Of a stretch of 64,000 nt of DNA, positions 26,460 through 43,677 are shown piece by piece. This stretch comes from Plasmodiophora brassicae (Eukaryota), in the NCBI GenBank assembly GCA_036867785.1, contig CP145414.1, positions 744,001 to 808,000 of the forward strand. Reading direction: 5' to 3'. Below the pieces are notes generated by a model that was given only the letters and a program-made list of their open reading frames with translations, ran no database searches and was not told the DNA's origin. The translations under genes were made by a program, and so were the position numbers. Numbering within the stretch: the first letter of the stretch is position 1; each line of letters starts with the position of its first letter.

Positions 26460-27359
26460 TCATTTGGGTTCATCGCTGGGGTTCGCATCGGAGCGCATCA
26501 TCATAGACGATAGAATATTAGCAGCGTGGTGCGGGTCCTTGCCGTCCGGTGACTCGGGGTCGGCGGGGTCGGGTGCCGTTGCCGATGCTTCTCCCGCCGC
26601 CGCCGACGCGTCACTGCTGTCCGCGGCGGCGCGTTTGGCAGCATTGAGGCGATCTCTGATGGCGGCAGAGTTGCGCGGCTCATCAGGATGTAGGCTTGCC
26701 ATGTGTACGAAGCGATGCGACCTGGGATGAAGGCTCAGATCGTTGTTCGCTATGCGCTGAGAGCCGCTGGCTTACTTTTGTGTGAAACTCTTGTTGCAGA
26801 CGGGGCACTCGAACGGCCGATCACCAGTGTGAAACCGGATGTGGTTCGTGAGCGTGAACGCAGCAGCGAATGTCTTTCCACAGATGGGGCATGCGTATGG
26901 CCGCTCGCCCGTGTGCGTCCTCATATGCGTCGTGGCGGCGCTGCTCTGAGAGAATTGCTTGCGGCAAATTGAACATTCGAAGGGCTTATCGCCGGTGTGG
27001 ATTCGCATATGCGTTTTCAGGTTATACTTTTCCGAGAATGATTTAAAGCAGATCTCGCACTGGAACGGTCGTTCTCCGGTGTGCGACCTCATGTGGCTGT
27101 TAAGTTGAGATTGTTTCCGGCATGTTCGTCCGCAGACCTCGCAGACCAGCAACGGTTTGGTCGTAGCTGGCTTAGCGGGCGACCCCGAGCTGGATTCGTT
27201 TTCCATACGAGGGTGTGGCGACAGGGCAGCCTGACTGTCAGATGATAGCGAGCGGTTCGGGCACGACACCAGTGCAGATGTGCGGATCACGTGCGGCGAC
27301 CCGACAATATTTGAGATAACAACCTGATCCATAGAACAATTATTGATATGCGCGGGCAT
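26460..27359 (-). CDS. C2H2 zinc-finger transcription factor (5 fingers), paralog of 19977-20763
   Basis: Tandem C2H2 fingers with HTGE/DRP linkers and an intron after 'FTQK'. The start codon is uncertain (27359 or 27206). Confidence 0.9.
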
Positions 27360-28039
27360 GCTTTCTGGCGTCACCAGCCGAGAGATACCAGGTGGTCGTG
27401 AATCACCGTGTTCCGAATGCAGTTGCGTCACACTCGTGCCAGTGGCCGGACGGTCGTATCCCGGGCGGGTTGAACCCCGTGGACCACCTCGACGGGTACA
27501 CACACACACCCAGCGAATTGGCGTTGACTCAACTGCGAACACCACGGAATCGGGGGGCCCGAACTATGGGGCCGCCGACAGGACAACGCGCGACACGCCC
27601 CGCCCGCCTGTACAAATTTTCCGGAGTGGCCTGTGTCGGCCAACCGATACTTGGACTGACTGGGGCCGCGGGCCCTCACTGTACAACCCAAGCCGTCCCG
27701 GCCTCGCGGCCACTGCAACGGCGTGGCGGCAAATTTTGCTGTCTACTACGTACTTGTCCCGTGTCTGGCGCCTAGAGCTGCGGCTATAGCCGTTCCTCCC
27801 ATTGTGTAGGGGACCTTGTCGCCGGGAATATCCAGGACGGGCGTAATCTACGCTGGGCAACGCACGTGGGCGGGCGGGACAGACGGCCGACCCGCAGTTT
27901 TGGCGGTTCAGACGACGTTTCCAGGGTCGAACAGCCAGCCGCCTGTTACGAAACAGTCCATCACAGTTCGCAAAAAGAGAAACACTCGACTATTTCTGCG
28001 TTATTCCAGTGGGCCTGTCCGGGCGTGACAGGCGTCCCC

Positions 28040-28046
28040 TATATAA
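28040..28046 (+). promoter_or_regulatory. Possible TATA box upstream of the HPR-RAP gene
   Basis: TATATAA in a GC-rich context, ~165 nt upstream of ATG 28210. Confidence 0.3.
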
Positions 28047-28209
28047 GCGACGCATGGCCTGGAATGCGTCGTTGTCGGGGTGACTGCATGACGAGGCAGG
28101 CCGAAGCCACCGCCATTGTGATGCAGCCGCAGCACTGCTGCGCATAAGTTAAAAGCGGCTCACGACTGCCCGGTGGGCGGTGGGGCACCGACGTTGTCGG
28201 GGGGACGCG

Positions 28210-31200
28210 ATGTCACGTCGAGTCGCCTGGCGACGCCTGCGACCGTTTAGTTCTGCTGCACCTGAGCCCGACATACCGGCGGGACGGTTAACACTGGCGC
28301 ACTGTGACGCCCTGCTGAACGGCGTCCGGGGGACAAAGCATGCCGAACTCACCGATCGCCTGCGAAGAGGGCTTGCCATGGTCACCGATCAGCTCCCTGA
28401 CCTGCTCAAAGACGATCGGAAACATCGTTACAAATTACCACACATCGCTGCGAAACTGTCCAACCTGGGCGGCACACGGATAGGTACGAGGCGACATTGG
28501 CACTCTGCACCAGGCCGTGCTCGCTAACTCGTATCGGGTCCAGATCCCTTCGTAACGCGCCGTCTGATCCAGGAAATCGCACGGTCGATACGCGGCGATA
28601 TCAAGGACCTGAGCGTGAAGCAGGCGTCGACGATGGCGCACGCGCTCGCCAAGTCTGGCGTCGGAGATCAGAGTGTCCTCGAGGCGCTTGCATCCCATGT
28701 CCTCGAGAATTCGCGCGATGCTGATACGCGATCATTAGCGGATGCGGTCTGGGCGTTGGGACGCAGTGGCACCTGCGACAAGCGACTAGCCGACGATTTG
28801 GCCCGTCGTTGCATTCAGCATGTGAACCTGTTTGACATGAGGTACCTGGCGCTCACCGCCTGGGCGTTCTCGTCGTTACGCTTTCATAACGACATCCTCT
28901 TCCAGGCGATCGCCGGCCGCGCCGTCGAGGTCGGCGACTCGTTCTGCGCTCAAAGCGCGTCGATGATGGCCTGGGCCTTCGCCAACGTTGGTATCCGCAA
29001 CGACAAGCTGTTCAGGACGATATCGGAAAAGTCGTCCGCCTGCATGGATCTGTACCGACCACAAGGCATCGCTCTTCTTGCCTGGTCGTTTGCAACGCTT
29101 CGCATCAAAGACCTAGTCCTGTTCAAGCACATTGAACGTCGTGTCTTGGATCTGGCCGATGCGTTCAACGCGACGAACATCACGAACACGATCTGGGCGT
29201 TCGCGACGCTGGGCATCTTCAGCAGCGACCTGTTCGCCGCCATGGCCCGCCGCGCCATCCTGGACATTGACCGGTTCAAACCGCAGGAACTGGCCAACAC
29301 GGCATGGGCATACGCGACGATCGGCCTGAAACCGAACGACTTGTTCGAAGCGATTGCACAGCGGTCCGTTGCCTGCGTGTCGGAGTTCAACTCGATCGAC
29401 ATCGCCCACATGGCCTGGGCATTCACTGGCGTCCCCATCGCCAACGACGACGTGTTCTTTGGCATGCTTCGCAACCGCTCGTCCGCTGTCATCGATACGT
29501 TCAACGCGCAGGGCATCGGCAACACCGTCTGGGCGTATGCCACGAAGGGGATCCGCGACCCGGACATGTTCAACCTGCTGGCCGGGCGCGCCATGGCCAT
29601 CATCGACACGTTCAACCAGCAGAACGTGTCGAACACGGCCTGGGCGTTCGCCAAGCTGGGCATCACCGACTTTGACCTGTTCGACGCCCTAGCGCGTCGC
29701 ACGATGGCCCTGATCGGGGACATGAACGCGCAGGGCCTCTCCAACGTGGCCTGGGCCTTCGGCACGTTGCGCATCCGGAACAACGACCTGTTCCGGGCGA
29801 TTGCCGAACGCACGCCCGACGTCATCGGGTCGTTCACCGCCCAGAACGTGTCGAACATGGCGCTGGCGTTCGCGCACATGGAGATCAACCATGCACCCAT
29901 GTTCAGCGCGCTGGAGCGGCGCGCCCTCGGCCTGATCGACACGTTCAACGAGCAGAACCTGGCGAACCTCGCCTGGGCGTACGCGTCGCTGTCCCTGAAC
30001 CAGCGGGCGTTGTTCTCCGCGGTCGCTCGACGAACGGCTGCGATCGCGAAGTCGTTCAGCCATCAGAGCCTGGCGAACCTGGCCTGGGCGTTCTCAACGG
30101 TCGGGTTCGCGGACGACAACCTGTTCCAGAGTCTGGGGACGCGGGCGATGGCTACCATGGACACGTGCAACGCCCAGGACATTGGCAACCTGGCGCGCGC
30201 GTTCGCCACGATGCGCGTCAGCGACGATGTGTTCGCTGTCATGGCCAGGCGCACGATCGACATCATCGGCACGTTCACGGCGCATGCTTTGGCGAACACC
30301 GCCTGGGGGTTCGCGACTGTTGACTTCCACGACGACGCGCTGTTCACCGCGATCGTCGGGCGTGCGTCGGAACTCGTCGAATCGTTCAACGCGCAAGGTG
30401 TCGCCATTGTTGCCTGGGCGGTGGCCCGAAGCGGCGTCGATCCGGGCGACCTGTTCCGGCGACTCGAGCACCGGGTCGTGCCGTTGATGGGCGGGTTCAC
30501 CGGGCGCGACATCGCCAACACGTCGTGGGCGCTGGCGACGCGCGCGCCAATGACCCAGACGGTGTCGAAGATGATCGCCCGTCATGCGATCCATTTCATC
30601 GACCAGTTCGACGTCAGCGACCTCGTCAACCTGTCGTGGGCGTTTGCCACCAGCGGCCTCGCCGAGGTCGACCTGTTCGCAACGGTCGCGCGGGAGGCCA
30701 TCCGTAAGATGGCCGCGTTCGAGGCGTCGCACCTGGCCGACCTGTCCTGGGCGTTTGCCACGACCCGCATCGCGAACGTCGACCTGTTCAGGGCGATCGG
30801 CGAGCGCGCCGCCCAGGTGCTGCCGTCGTCCAGCGCGCAGACGATCGCCAACCTGGCCTGGGCGTTCGGGTCGATGGTCGTCCGGGACGCCGACCTGTTC
30901 AGGACGATCGCGCCCCGATCCGTTGGCGTCATCGACGAGTTCACAGGCCGGAACCTGTCCAACCTGGCGTGGGCGTTCGCCCGAGTTCGCTTGATGGACA
31001 AGCCCCTGTTCAGTGCCATCGCTAAGCGTGCCGTCGAGTCGATCGGCGACCTGAACCCCGAGGAGGTATCGTACCTGGCCTGGGCGTTCGCCGTCACCGG
31101 CAACAACGAGCACGACCTGTTCGACGCCGTCGTGCGCCGTCTCGTCGCCGACGAGGACGCGTTCGACGTGTCGTCGGTGGCGCGTACCGCCTGGTCGCTG

Positions 31201-31752
31201 GCCGCCTTGGACCACGAAGTCGACGACCAGGTCGTCCTGTCCATTCTGCAGCGCGCCACGACGTGCAACTCGACGCTGTCGATCGAGGATCGCACCCACC
31301 TCCATGAGTGGCGGGTGTCGATCGGCTGCGATCGCATCGGTCGCCTGGCGGCGGGTCGCCCCGACGCGTTCGAGTCGTGGTCGGATGCCATGCGGTGCAA
31401 CCCGCCGCAGCGCTCGGCAATGGAGTACGAGGTCTTCGACATTCTCATGCAGAACATGCACACGACGCATGCGTTCACGCTGGACGTCCGATGCCCCGAG
31501 ACGGGGTACCCGCTGCATATCGCGTCGGTCGACACCAGGATGGCCATCCGGTGCACGGGCCGCGCCGAACACGTCACCGAGCTGGCGACGGGCGGCGTCG
31601 TGCTGGACGGCGCCGCCCAGCTGAAACGCAGGTTGTTAACGCGCCACGGGTGGACCTTGCTGGATATAGACGCGCAGGAATGGAATACGCTTCGCAGCAT
31701 CAACGCGAAGCGCCATTTCCTGATGCGCCACCTCCCTGTCTATACACTGTAG
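28210..31752 (+). CDS. Mitochondrial heptatricopeptide-repeat (HPR/OPR-like, FASTK-related) protein with C-terminal RAP domain
   Basis: Presequence 'MSRRVAWRRLRPFSS' and an intron at ~28484-28543. 'F..Q.LAN.AWAFA' repeats mostly every 111 nt (37 aa). RAP motif 'LKRRLLTRHGWTLLDIDAQEW'. Confidence 0.9.
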
Positions 31753-31791
31753 ATGAGGGGGGAGCGAGAATCCAGTCGTCGTTGCAGTGTG

Positions 31792-32469
31792 TTACTTCAT
31801 ATCCAAATCGTATTCAGGATTGAAATAGCTGTCGTATAGGCCGTCCATGACTGGCAACGAGCCCAGCGCGACGGGGTCCTCGGTATCCATCGAGTCGCTC
31901 CCGTCGGCGAACGCAGTGCAGAACGTCACCTTGCCGTCCTGCTCGACGGTCTCGATGTCGTGCGACTGCTGCATCATCAGGTGGAACTTGGTCTGCACCG
32001 GGATGGGGCGGTCCCGAACTGATTTCTTCAGGCAGGCGGCGCAGGAGCACATTTTCAGGCAGGACGGGCAGCTCCATCCCTCCGTTGTGGATGACGAGGC
32101 GTCCTGCTTGTGTATGTCGTGCCCGTGTGGGTAGAACTTGTCCAAGCAGGCGTGGCAGTACTTCTTCCGGCAGGCGCGCTTCTCGTTCGTGTGTCTCCTG
32201 CTGAACGTGTTCGTGCAGAACCGGAGCTGGGCGGGCCTGTGCTTACGTTTACACTGGTGGCAGGACGACCCGACAGGTGACGTCTGATGTGCGTCGAACA
32301 CCAGATGGTTGTCAGATAGTACTGGCCACGGTTCCGCAGATACGTCCTCGCCGGGCACGAACATGCCCTGGCTGAACAGGTGATCGATCCCTGGCGATTG
32401 GCCCAGCGCCAGCGGATTGGTGAAGAACCGCAAACGCTGCTGTTGCGCTGGTGGTGACGAGGACGACAT
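31792..32469 (-). CDS. zf-4CXXC_R1 zinc-finger protein
   Basis: 'SSCHQCKRK...C...CRKKYCHACL...WSCPSCLKMCSCAAC'. Confidence 0.85.
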   Translation of the reverse strand: MSSSSPPAQQQRLRFFTNPLALGQSPGIDHLFSQGMFVPGEDVSAEPWPVLSDNHLVFDAHQTSPVGSSCHQCKRKHRPAQLRFCTNTFSRRHTNEKRACRKKYCHACLDKFYPHGHDIHKQDASSSTTEGWSCPSCLKMCSCAACLKKSVRDRPIPVQTKFHLMMQQSHDIETVEQDGKVTFCTAFADGSDSMDTEDPVALGSLPVMDGLYDSYFNPEYDLDMK

Positions 32470-32675
32470 GTAAGCCAGCGCCCTGTAAAAGATGAGTGCG
32501 CCAATGAGTGGTGGTTCAACTCTCAACAATGCAAGTCAACAAGATGGCGCGTGCCGCGACCCCTGTCATCAGGGCCAGCATGACGCCATGGACAACATAT
32601 CGGCCCCGGGTACACACGCCTCTCGCTATAGGTAAATACATCGGTGGCATCAATTGCAGTGCATGTATTTGCAGG

Positions 32676-33912
32676 TCAGCGATTCTTGAGCTCATTGAAT
32701 CGCCTGGTGATATCGTCAATGTTACCGCCGCCGGATGGGGCATCACAGGGATCGCTCGGCGGTGACTTCGGTTTAGGGTGAGCGTCATCGGACGGTACGT
32801 CAGGGAATTCGAGTTCGGCCGCGTCGTCAGGAAGCTTCTCATCGTGCATAGCATCCAGCTCCTTCAGATCTCTAGCTAGTGCCGCTTCGTCGTGGCCTGA
32901 AGGAGGAGGGTTGGAAGGTGCGGCAGGAGACGGTTGCGCGGAGGGTGCCGGTTGTTCTACTATCGGGGCCGGTTGGACCTACAGCGCTTCGTTAGCGGGC
33001 GCACAGAAACAGTTGGCCAATGCTTGAGGAACCTCTTCAGCAGGTGGCTCATACGCGACGTCAAACTGTTCCGCGATCGCCTTCAGTTCGGCAATAACAC
33101 GAGCACGGGGCGGTGGCGCAATATCAATCAGCTGAAGTACTTTGGGGTCGACGTACTGCCTTCGCTCTGTGAGCGGCCTTCGAATACCGAGTCTGTAAAC
33201 AACGTACACGTTTGATAGACCTATATGACTTACATGACCCACTCCTAGAGCGAACGCATGTCACGTATTGGACGTCGCTGAACACCGAATACCCTTCACT
33301 GACCTTCGTGTACTTGAGGCCGACCTGGGTCGCGATATTCTTGAACTCCGGAACCGGAAGCCTTGAACTACAATAGATAATAGTCGCTAGGAGAACGCGC
33401 ACGTTAGGGCAACCGACTCGGTGGCGACGACGTCAAGTACCTAAGGAGGTGAAGACATCTTCGGGGCACTTTGCCTGCGAAGCAATCTGGGCGGCACGTG
33501 CCAGCACACGGTCGCTATGCAGCTGTAGAACCTCTGTGGCCACAATCATGTCCTGTCGAATCGCGCCCGAACGCTCAGCCGCGGCAGACAGACGGTTGTC
33601 AAGCACGGGCGCACCTTTTCACGAATGACAGTCTCGACCTTGATCTCGGCCAGGGACACCTTATCAGCAGACAGCAGCTCTGCAATTTCCCGCTGCAGCT
33701 GTGGGATCAGGTTGGATCTGTTGGCCACGCGTCAGCATCGCCGCGGTCAACGGGCGTGTCCCGCCTCCCTACTTCTTATTCCGCATCATAGCCAGCCGGG
33801 AGCTCGACATCTTTGCATTCACTTTCCTGCGCAAATCCCATCAGATCACGGGGGAGGGGCCAGTGCAGCGCGCCGGGACCTACAGCGACTGCTGGCTGAA
33901 CGACTGCCCCAT
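32676..33912 (-). CDS. IST1: IST1 (ESCRT-III-associated regulator of Vps4)
   Basis: 'LKVNAKMSSSRLAMMRNKK', 'REIAELL...AEIKVETVIRE', 'TIIYCSSRL.VPE', and C-terminal MIM1 'DDITRRFNELK'. Confidence 0.88.
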
Positions 33913-34393
33913 GACGACAAACGAGCGACGGTCGTCGCGGCGTCAGTGCTTTTCTGCGCCTGCCCGCGCTGTATTTTTAGAACCCGACTTCGCCCCTCGC
34001 CCAACACGCGAAACGGACGTCGCCCGCTCATCCTCGTTGATCCTCCGGTAACCCCATCAAGGCAGCGTCTCCTCGTCACTTCTCTATTATTCTTCGACAA
34101 AGATGTCGCCCACCTGACGCAAACATTTCGCTAGCAGATATAGGTCCACTAAGGTAATTTGTGGGCGTCTTTAAACCAGAGCTGCTCCGAGACCGAGGCG
34201 CCTGCCTGAAAAGCGCGAAACACAAATAGACTAAGCCGGAGATGCTGGCCAGGGCGACAGGGACACGGTGCAGGTGAACGGTGTATATGGCGATGGCGGC
34301 CCGGTGGCAGTGCAGACTGCAGCGACGAGTGGACCTGCGGCTGCGGAGTTCCGGGGCGCAGAATTCGGTCTGGCGAAGCTGCTGCTTCTGCCC

Positions 34394-38843
<4,450 letters not shown>

Positions 38844-39291
38844 AAGTAAAAGTTGAATGTTTTGGTTAGTGGCATTGGCATAGGCCATATGTCAGAGACA
38901 CGGAAGTAGAATGGGATATCACGCAGGGAGTGACCATTCTTTAATGGGAGGCGTGTTCTCGACTAGTAACCGCAGGTTACGATGGTGATTGGCGATCCGA
39001 CAAAGAGCAGCGATTGTGGCTCGATATCAAGTCGCCTGTACGCACAGTCAGTCGTTACTGCCTGCCCTGTATTCCTAGATAACGGGGTATTCTAGCATGT
39101 CGCTGTACAGTGTAGATGCGCCCGGAATAAGTGACTGCAGATTCTCTGGAGGCCCTGCTTGCAATAATTATTTTGGGATTTTTGCCGCTCGCCGGTGCCG
39201 AGCGTAGAGTCAGTGCCAGGGGCCAGCAGGTGTTGACCGTAGTGGAGTCGCGGACGCTGCACCCGCGACCTGCGCCGACTGGACCGCTGAG

Positions 39292-40783
39292 ATGCTGTTC
39301 AGCTTCGGGAATCCCACAACGGCCAAAGTGCGACTGGGTGAAATATTTCTACTGGAGCAGGATGTCGCCAAGCACAATATGCGAGCGGCGACCGTCGTGC
39401 GCGACACGTTTGCAACGCAGTCGGTCAAGCACGCCATGGCGCCGCCGGGGAGCGATTTCTCGCCGATGTTAGACGCGCTGGACGAGTACCTACCCGTTCT
39501 CGTCGCTCTTGTTGAGCAAATCCACAAGACGTACAATAAGAACATGAGTGAGGCGTTAGGTAAGGTTCGCTCTCCCAAGCTGCACTGGATTTGCTCATTG
39601 CCAGTAAACAGTATTCCGCTGGACGACATGGATGATGAATGCGAAAGAGGTTCACGAGTTGCCGCTGTTCGAGGATGAACTGTGTGCTGCTTACTGTGTA
39701 GGCATCGTGCCCGTGTCCGATACAGGATGGCATCTGAAACCATCCGCAGACCAAAGCTTTGCTGCATTACAAATCCGCTCATGCATTGTTAGCAGGAAAC
39801 AAACCCGTGACTACTGGCACTAAAGAAAAGCTCGCTGCTGCTGAGTAATCCGCGACTGGTTAACAGCTTCGGGCAATGTTAACCATCGCTGCAGGCTTCA
39901 CACGGCGGCCTCTATTTTCAGTTGGGTTTCCACGACGTTGATACCGTTGTCTCTGATGTCGAGTGACACTCGTCCGACTGAACTGCACCCGAAAGCGTGC
40001 GAGGCCATGTCTTTGTACGTTCCCTGAGTCCAATTCAACCAGGCGGCTATGTGTTTGGTAATATCCCCGGGCAGGTTGTGTTTGTGTCATGTGCAAGAGC
40101 TCGTGATTGATTCCGCTGTGGCCTCGAACAAGTCTGATGGCGCCATTGCAAAGCTGTATTTTGGTGTACTGCAGCGCGGAGCACGAACCCGACTATCTGT
40201 GCACTGACCGTCATTCTGCACAGTTGGTGCAACAATACCGCAGCGTGCAGCAGGCTCTCAACGGGCTCGAACATGCGTATCACACCTTGGAGGTTGGGTT
40301 CAAGGTGTGGCCCCGGCTACAGCTGGAGTACAATCACGGGCGGGCACTGTACTATCTGGGAAAGATGGCGCTCTCGGAGAGGAAATATGGGGAGGCGATT
40401 TCGCTGATGCAGGGCGCGGTGTCGACACTGGAGTCGATTCGCTTCCCCGAATGTGATCACCCGTCTATCGATCGGGCAAGGAATCAGGTGAAATCGGCAA
40501 CTGCCGAGGTCAAGAGCGTCCTGAATCCACTGATCAAGGACAATTCTACAATCTATTTCGCTGTCTGGGAAACGCGTTGGAATGTGCCGCTACTGGGACT
40601 AACCTCTAATTTGCCGGCCAGGTCGTCCCCGATATCAAAGAGTTGCCGTTGCCTCAAGGCACCTTTATCCCCAAACTACAGGAATTCATCCCAGTTGCTG
40701 CTGACCAGAAGCAATACTTCGTAAGTTTCGTTTCTCTGTCTGGAACATTCATTGTCTCATGCGATGACCAGGACACCCCTTGA
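39292..40783 (+). CDS. BRO1-domain protein (BROX-like)
   Basis: 'ALDEYLPVL', 'FRWT', 'KYGEAISLM', 'KDNSTIYF.VVP...LP', with several short introns. Confidence 0.75.
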
Positions 40784-41255
40784 CACCCAATACAACTGTA
40801 TATTTACTGTGTCGAATACGCCTGCAGCAGTAGTTGGCCCACTTGCGGTTGGGGCTCGCGTTGCTTCGCGTATGTATTCTTCGCCATGCGGCGCTCGACA
40901 AAGCAATTGGAATTCTCCACTGGGTCGATACAATCTTCGTTGGCACGCACGTTGCTTGGTGCACGACCCCCTGCTGCACTGCTTCATGTCCGGCGCGACG
41001 AGCAATGCTGACAACCCATTTGCCAGTGTGCAGGGCGCACCGCCGCCAGTACCCGGAGCTACATAGCTTGGAAGGCCCAGCGGCAGGCAGCGCCCCCGCC
41101 GCCGAGGGCCGCTGCGGCTGTGCGGATAAAATCTGCGCTGCTGACGTGGCCGTCAAATGTCCTCGAGTGACCGTTTGTTTTCCGTGGGCGGTTTCGTCGA
41201 TTCCGTCGTCGATTGACTCGAAACGCGGTCGCGAGCTGGGGTTCGCATCGCGCTC

Positions 41256-43452
41256 ATGGGACGACGTCCTTGTGTCTTGCTAACGTTATCAGCAATCGTC
41301 GTCGCGGTTGCCGGTGCGGGGTCGCTTGAAGAAATGATGGCCGACCGGGATTATCAGTCGGCGAAGGACTGGCTCATTGAGCAAGATCGGACGGGCGATA
41401 CGCGAGCTGGAGCGTTGATCGCTCTTCTGCATTTGGTTAGGCATTTAGCGACGTACCTGGCTTCCGTAATCGTGTGCTGATCACGTGTGCACAGAGAGGC
41501 CAGCTTCCTCCTGACAACGAGGAGGTCTTGAAGTGGCTCGAACGTGGTGCAGGACTTGGTGATCATAACGCCCATAGCATTCTTGGTCTTCTCCATGACA
41601 CTGGTTTTGTCGTTGGTCAACGCGATATGGCTCGGTCACTGATGCACTATTACATTGGCGCCCTTGGTGCAAAGTGCCCTGAGTGCAGCATAGTCTTGGG
41701 CTACCGGCATTTACATGGAATTGGGTACGATTGTTTCCGGTAAACATCGACACGTCTGACAGTCCTGGTAAGGGTCCCTAAATCATGTGACGCGGCTGTC
41801 CGGTATTACATGAGCGCATCCGATAAAGGTACGTCAGGCTATGCATATCGGGCTGCACGGACGCACCTGAACGCTTCTGCCCACATAGTCGTCGAGCAGC
41901 TGTCCAGCTCAGAGTTGATCCCCACGTTCGAACGTGTTCGACTGACTGATGAGAATGCAAGGAACCGTCCGACTGAAGAATCAACCGTACGTTCTGAAGG
42001 TGTATGTTATCGTGGCACGCAAATCTCAGCCGTGGCCAACAGGATGTCATCAAGTACTTTGAGCACGCCGCAGACGGCGGTGACGTCAGTGCCCAAGTTG
42101 CCCTAGGGCAGCTGTCTGAGCACGGCATTAGAGGGGTTCCTCAAGACATGGGCAAAGCTGCCATGTGGTTCAGGCGTGCGGCTAATCAAGGCGACTCGAC
42201 TGCAATGGCGCAGCTTGCTGGCCTCACCGCTCAAGGCCTCGGTGTACCACAGGACAATAAGACTGCTCTGGAACTCTTCCAAGCCAGTGCGAAGCTTGGT
42301 AACGCCGCTGGGTATGCTGGTCTAGGCCACATGTACATGGAGGGCGCAGGTAGGTCAAACCCTCTCACAAATGTGTTTGTGGCCCCTGAATAACGACCAT
42401 CTTGGAACGCTAGGGGTCGAACGAGACATGCGTTTGGCCGTCAAATATTTCAAGGAGGCCGCTGATCGAGGCAATGCTGAAGCTCAGTACATTCTTGGCA
42501 CGTTATACTATTCGTAAGCAATGCTCTACATGACGAGTTATGCCCTACATGTTTATGACCGACTTGCAGGGGAGATGCAGTTGACAAATCCCATGTCACC
42601 GCGTTGCACTATTTTACTGCTGCTGGACATCAGGGTCATACTGCCGCGTTGTATAATCTCGCCCAAATGCATTTGCTTGGCCACGGGACGCATAAGTCCT
42701 GTTCGTTGGCGGTCCGGTTGCATAAAGTAGTTGCCGAGCGGGGCAGATGGGCTGCAGAGCGCCACCGACGCGGGCATGATGCATTCTGCAAGGGTCTAAT
42801 GGAGGAAGCACTTGTAAGTCCATTCGGTGTCGGCTAGTCGTCGATGTTGACCTCGTTCACAGTGGGAGTACATCTCCTGTGCAATGTATGGCGACGAAGT
42901 GTGCCAGCTGAATGCTGGCTGGATGCTTTCCCAGCCTGTCGGCTATTATGGGGACGATCATGATCAGATGGCTGTACAGTTCTGGCGGTTGGCAGCAGAT
43001 CAAGGATCGGCCATTGCCCAGCGTGTACTGGGTGACTACTGTTATGCCGAAGTTGTGTCTGGCGGTGTGCAAGAGGCCATTCGTCGATATCAGCAAGCAG
43101 CAGATCGCGCTGACGCCCAGGCTATGTTTAATTTGGGATACCTACATCAATGGGGTCCAAAGCAAGACCTTCATCTTGCCAAGCGATATTACGATCAAGC
43201 CAAACAAGTAACGTCGCGGTATCGTTCCAAATTCCAGCGTTCACGTTGTGTTCGTAGGCGAGCCCCGAGGCTTACGTTCCTACACAGCTTGCTCTTTTGG
43301 CGTTATATGTTCACATGTGGTGGAGCGGTGTCTCCTCGAGTACGGTTCCACAATTCCGGTGGAGCGAGTATGAGAACGCGGTCCTGGCGCTTCTGTGTGT
43401 CGCACTGGCAACAGTTGTATATATCCGGCGTGACAGAATTGCTCGCATCTAA
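41256..43452 (+). CDS. SEL1L: SEL1L/Hrd3 ERAD protein (signal peptide, Sel1 repeats, C-terminal TM)
   Basis: 'LGYRHLHGIGVPKSC', 'KVVAERGRW', 'AQAMFNLGYLHQWG..QDLHLAKRYYDQA', and TM 'AVLALLCVALATVVYIRR'. Confidence 0.9.
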
Positions 43453-43677
43453 AACAATATAAACTCATGCATGCAGTTGGTAGCTGCTGTGAATATGCTT
43501 TCCAACGATAGGTCGATCGAGAGATAATATCGATTGCCAGACCACATGCCAAATAATAATTCAAGCGCTTACGTGCACCGTATCAGTTATCGCCGTGTAG
43601 GCACTGACGTACGGCCTCAGGAGTCCGTCACGGAGTCCGTAGCAGCGCGGTGCGCGTAGACACAGTGGGAGTATAGC

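Noticed and set aside
27497..27509. Short (CA)n run, and similarly (CCTA)n near 21086-21100
   Set aside because: Ordinary short microsatellites.
28950..31703. Long antisense ORFs (332, 492, 373 aa) over the HPR gene
   Set aside because: These are shadow ORFs caused by high GC3 codon bias of the sense gene.
40790..41156. Possible small minus-strand gene with in-frame TGA between BROX and SEL1L
   Set aside because: No convincing start, motif or SECIS, so it cannot be supported.
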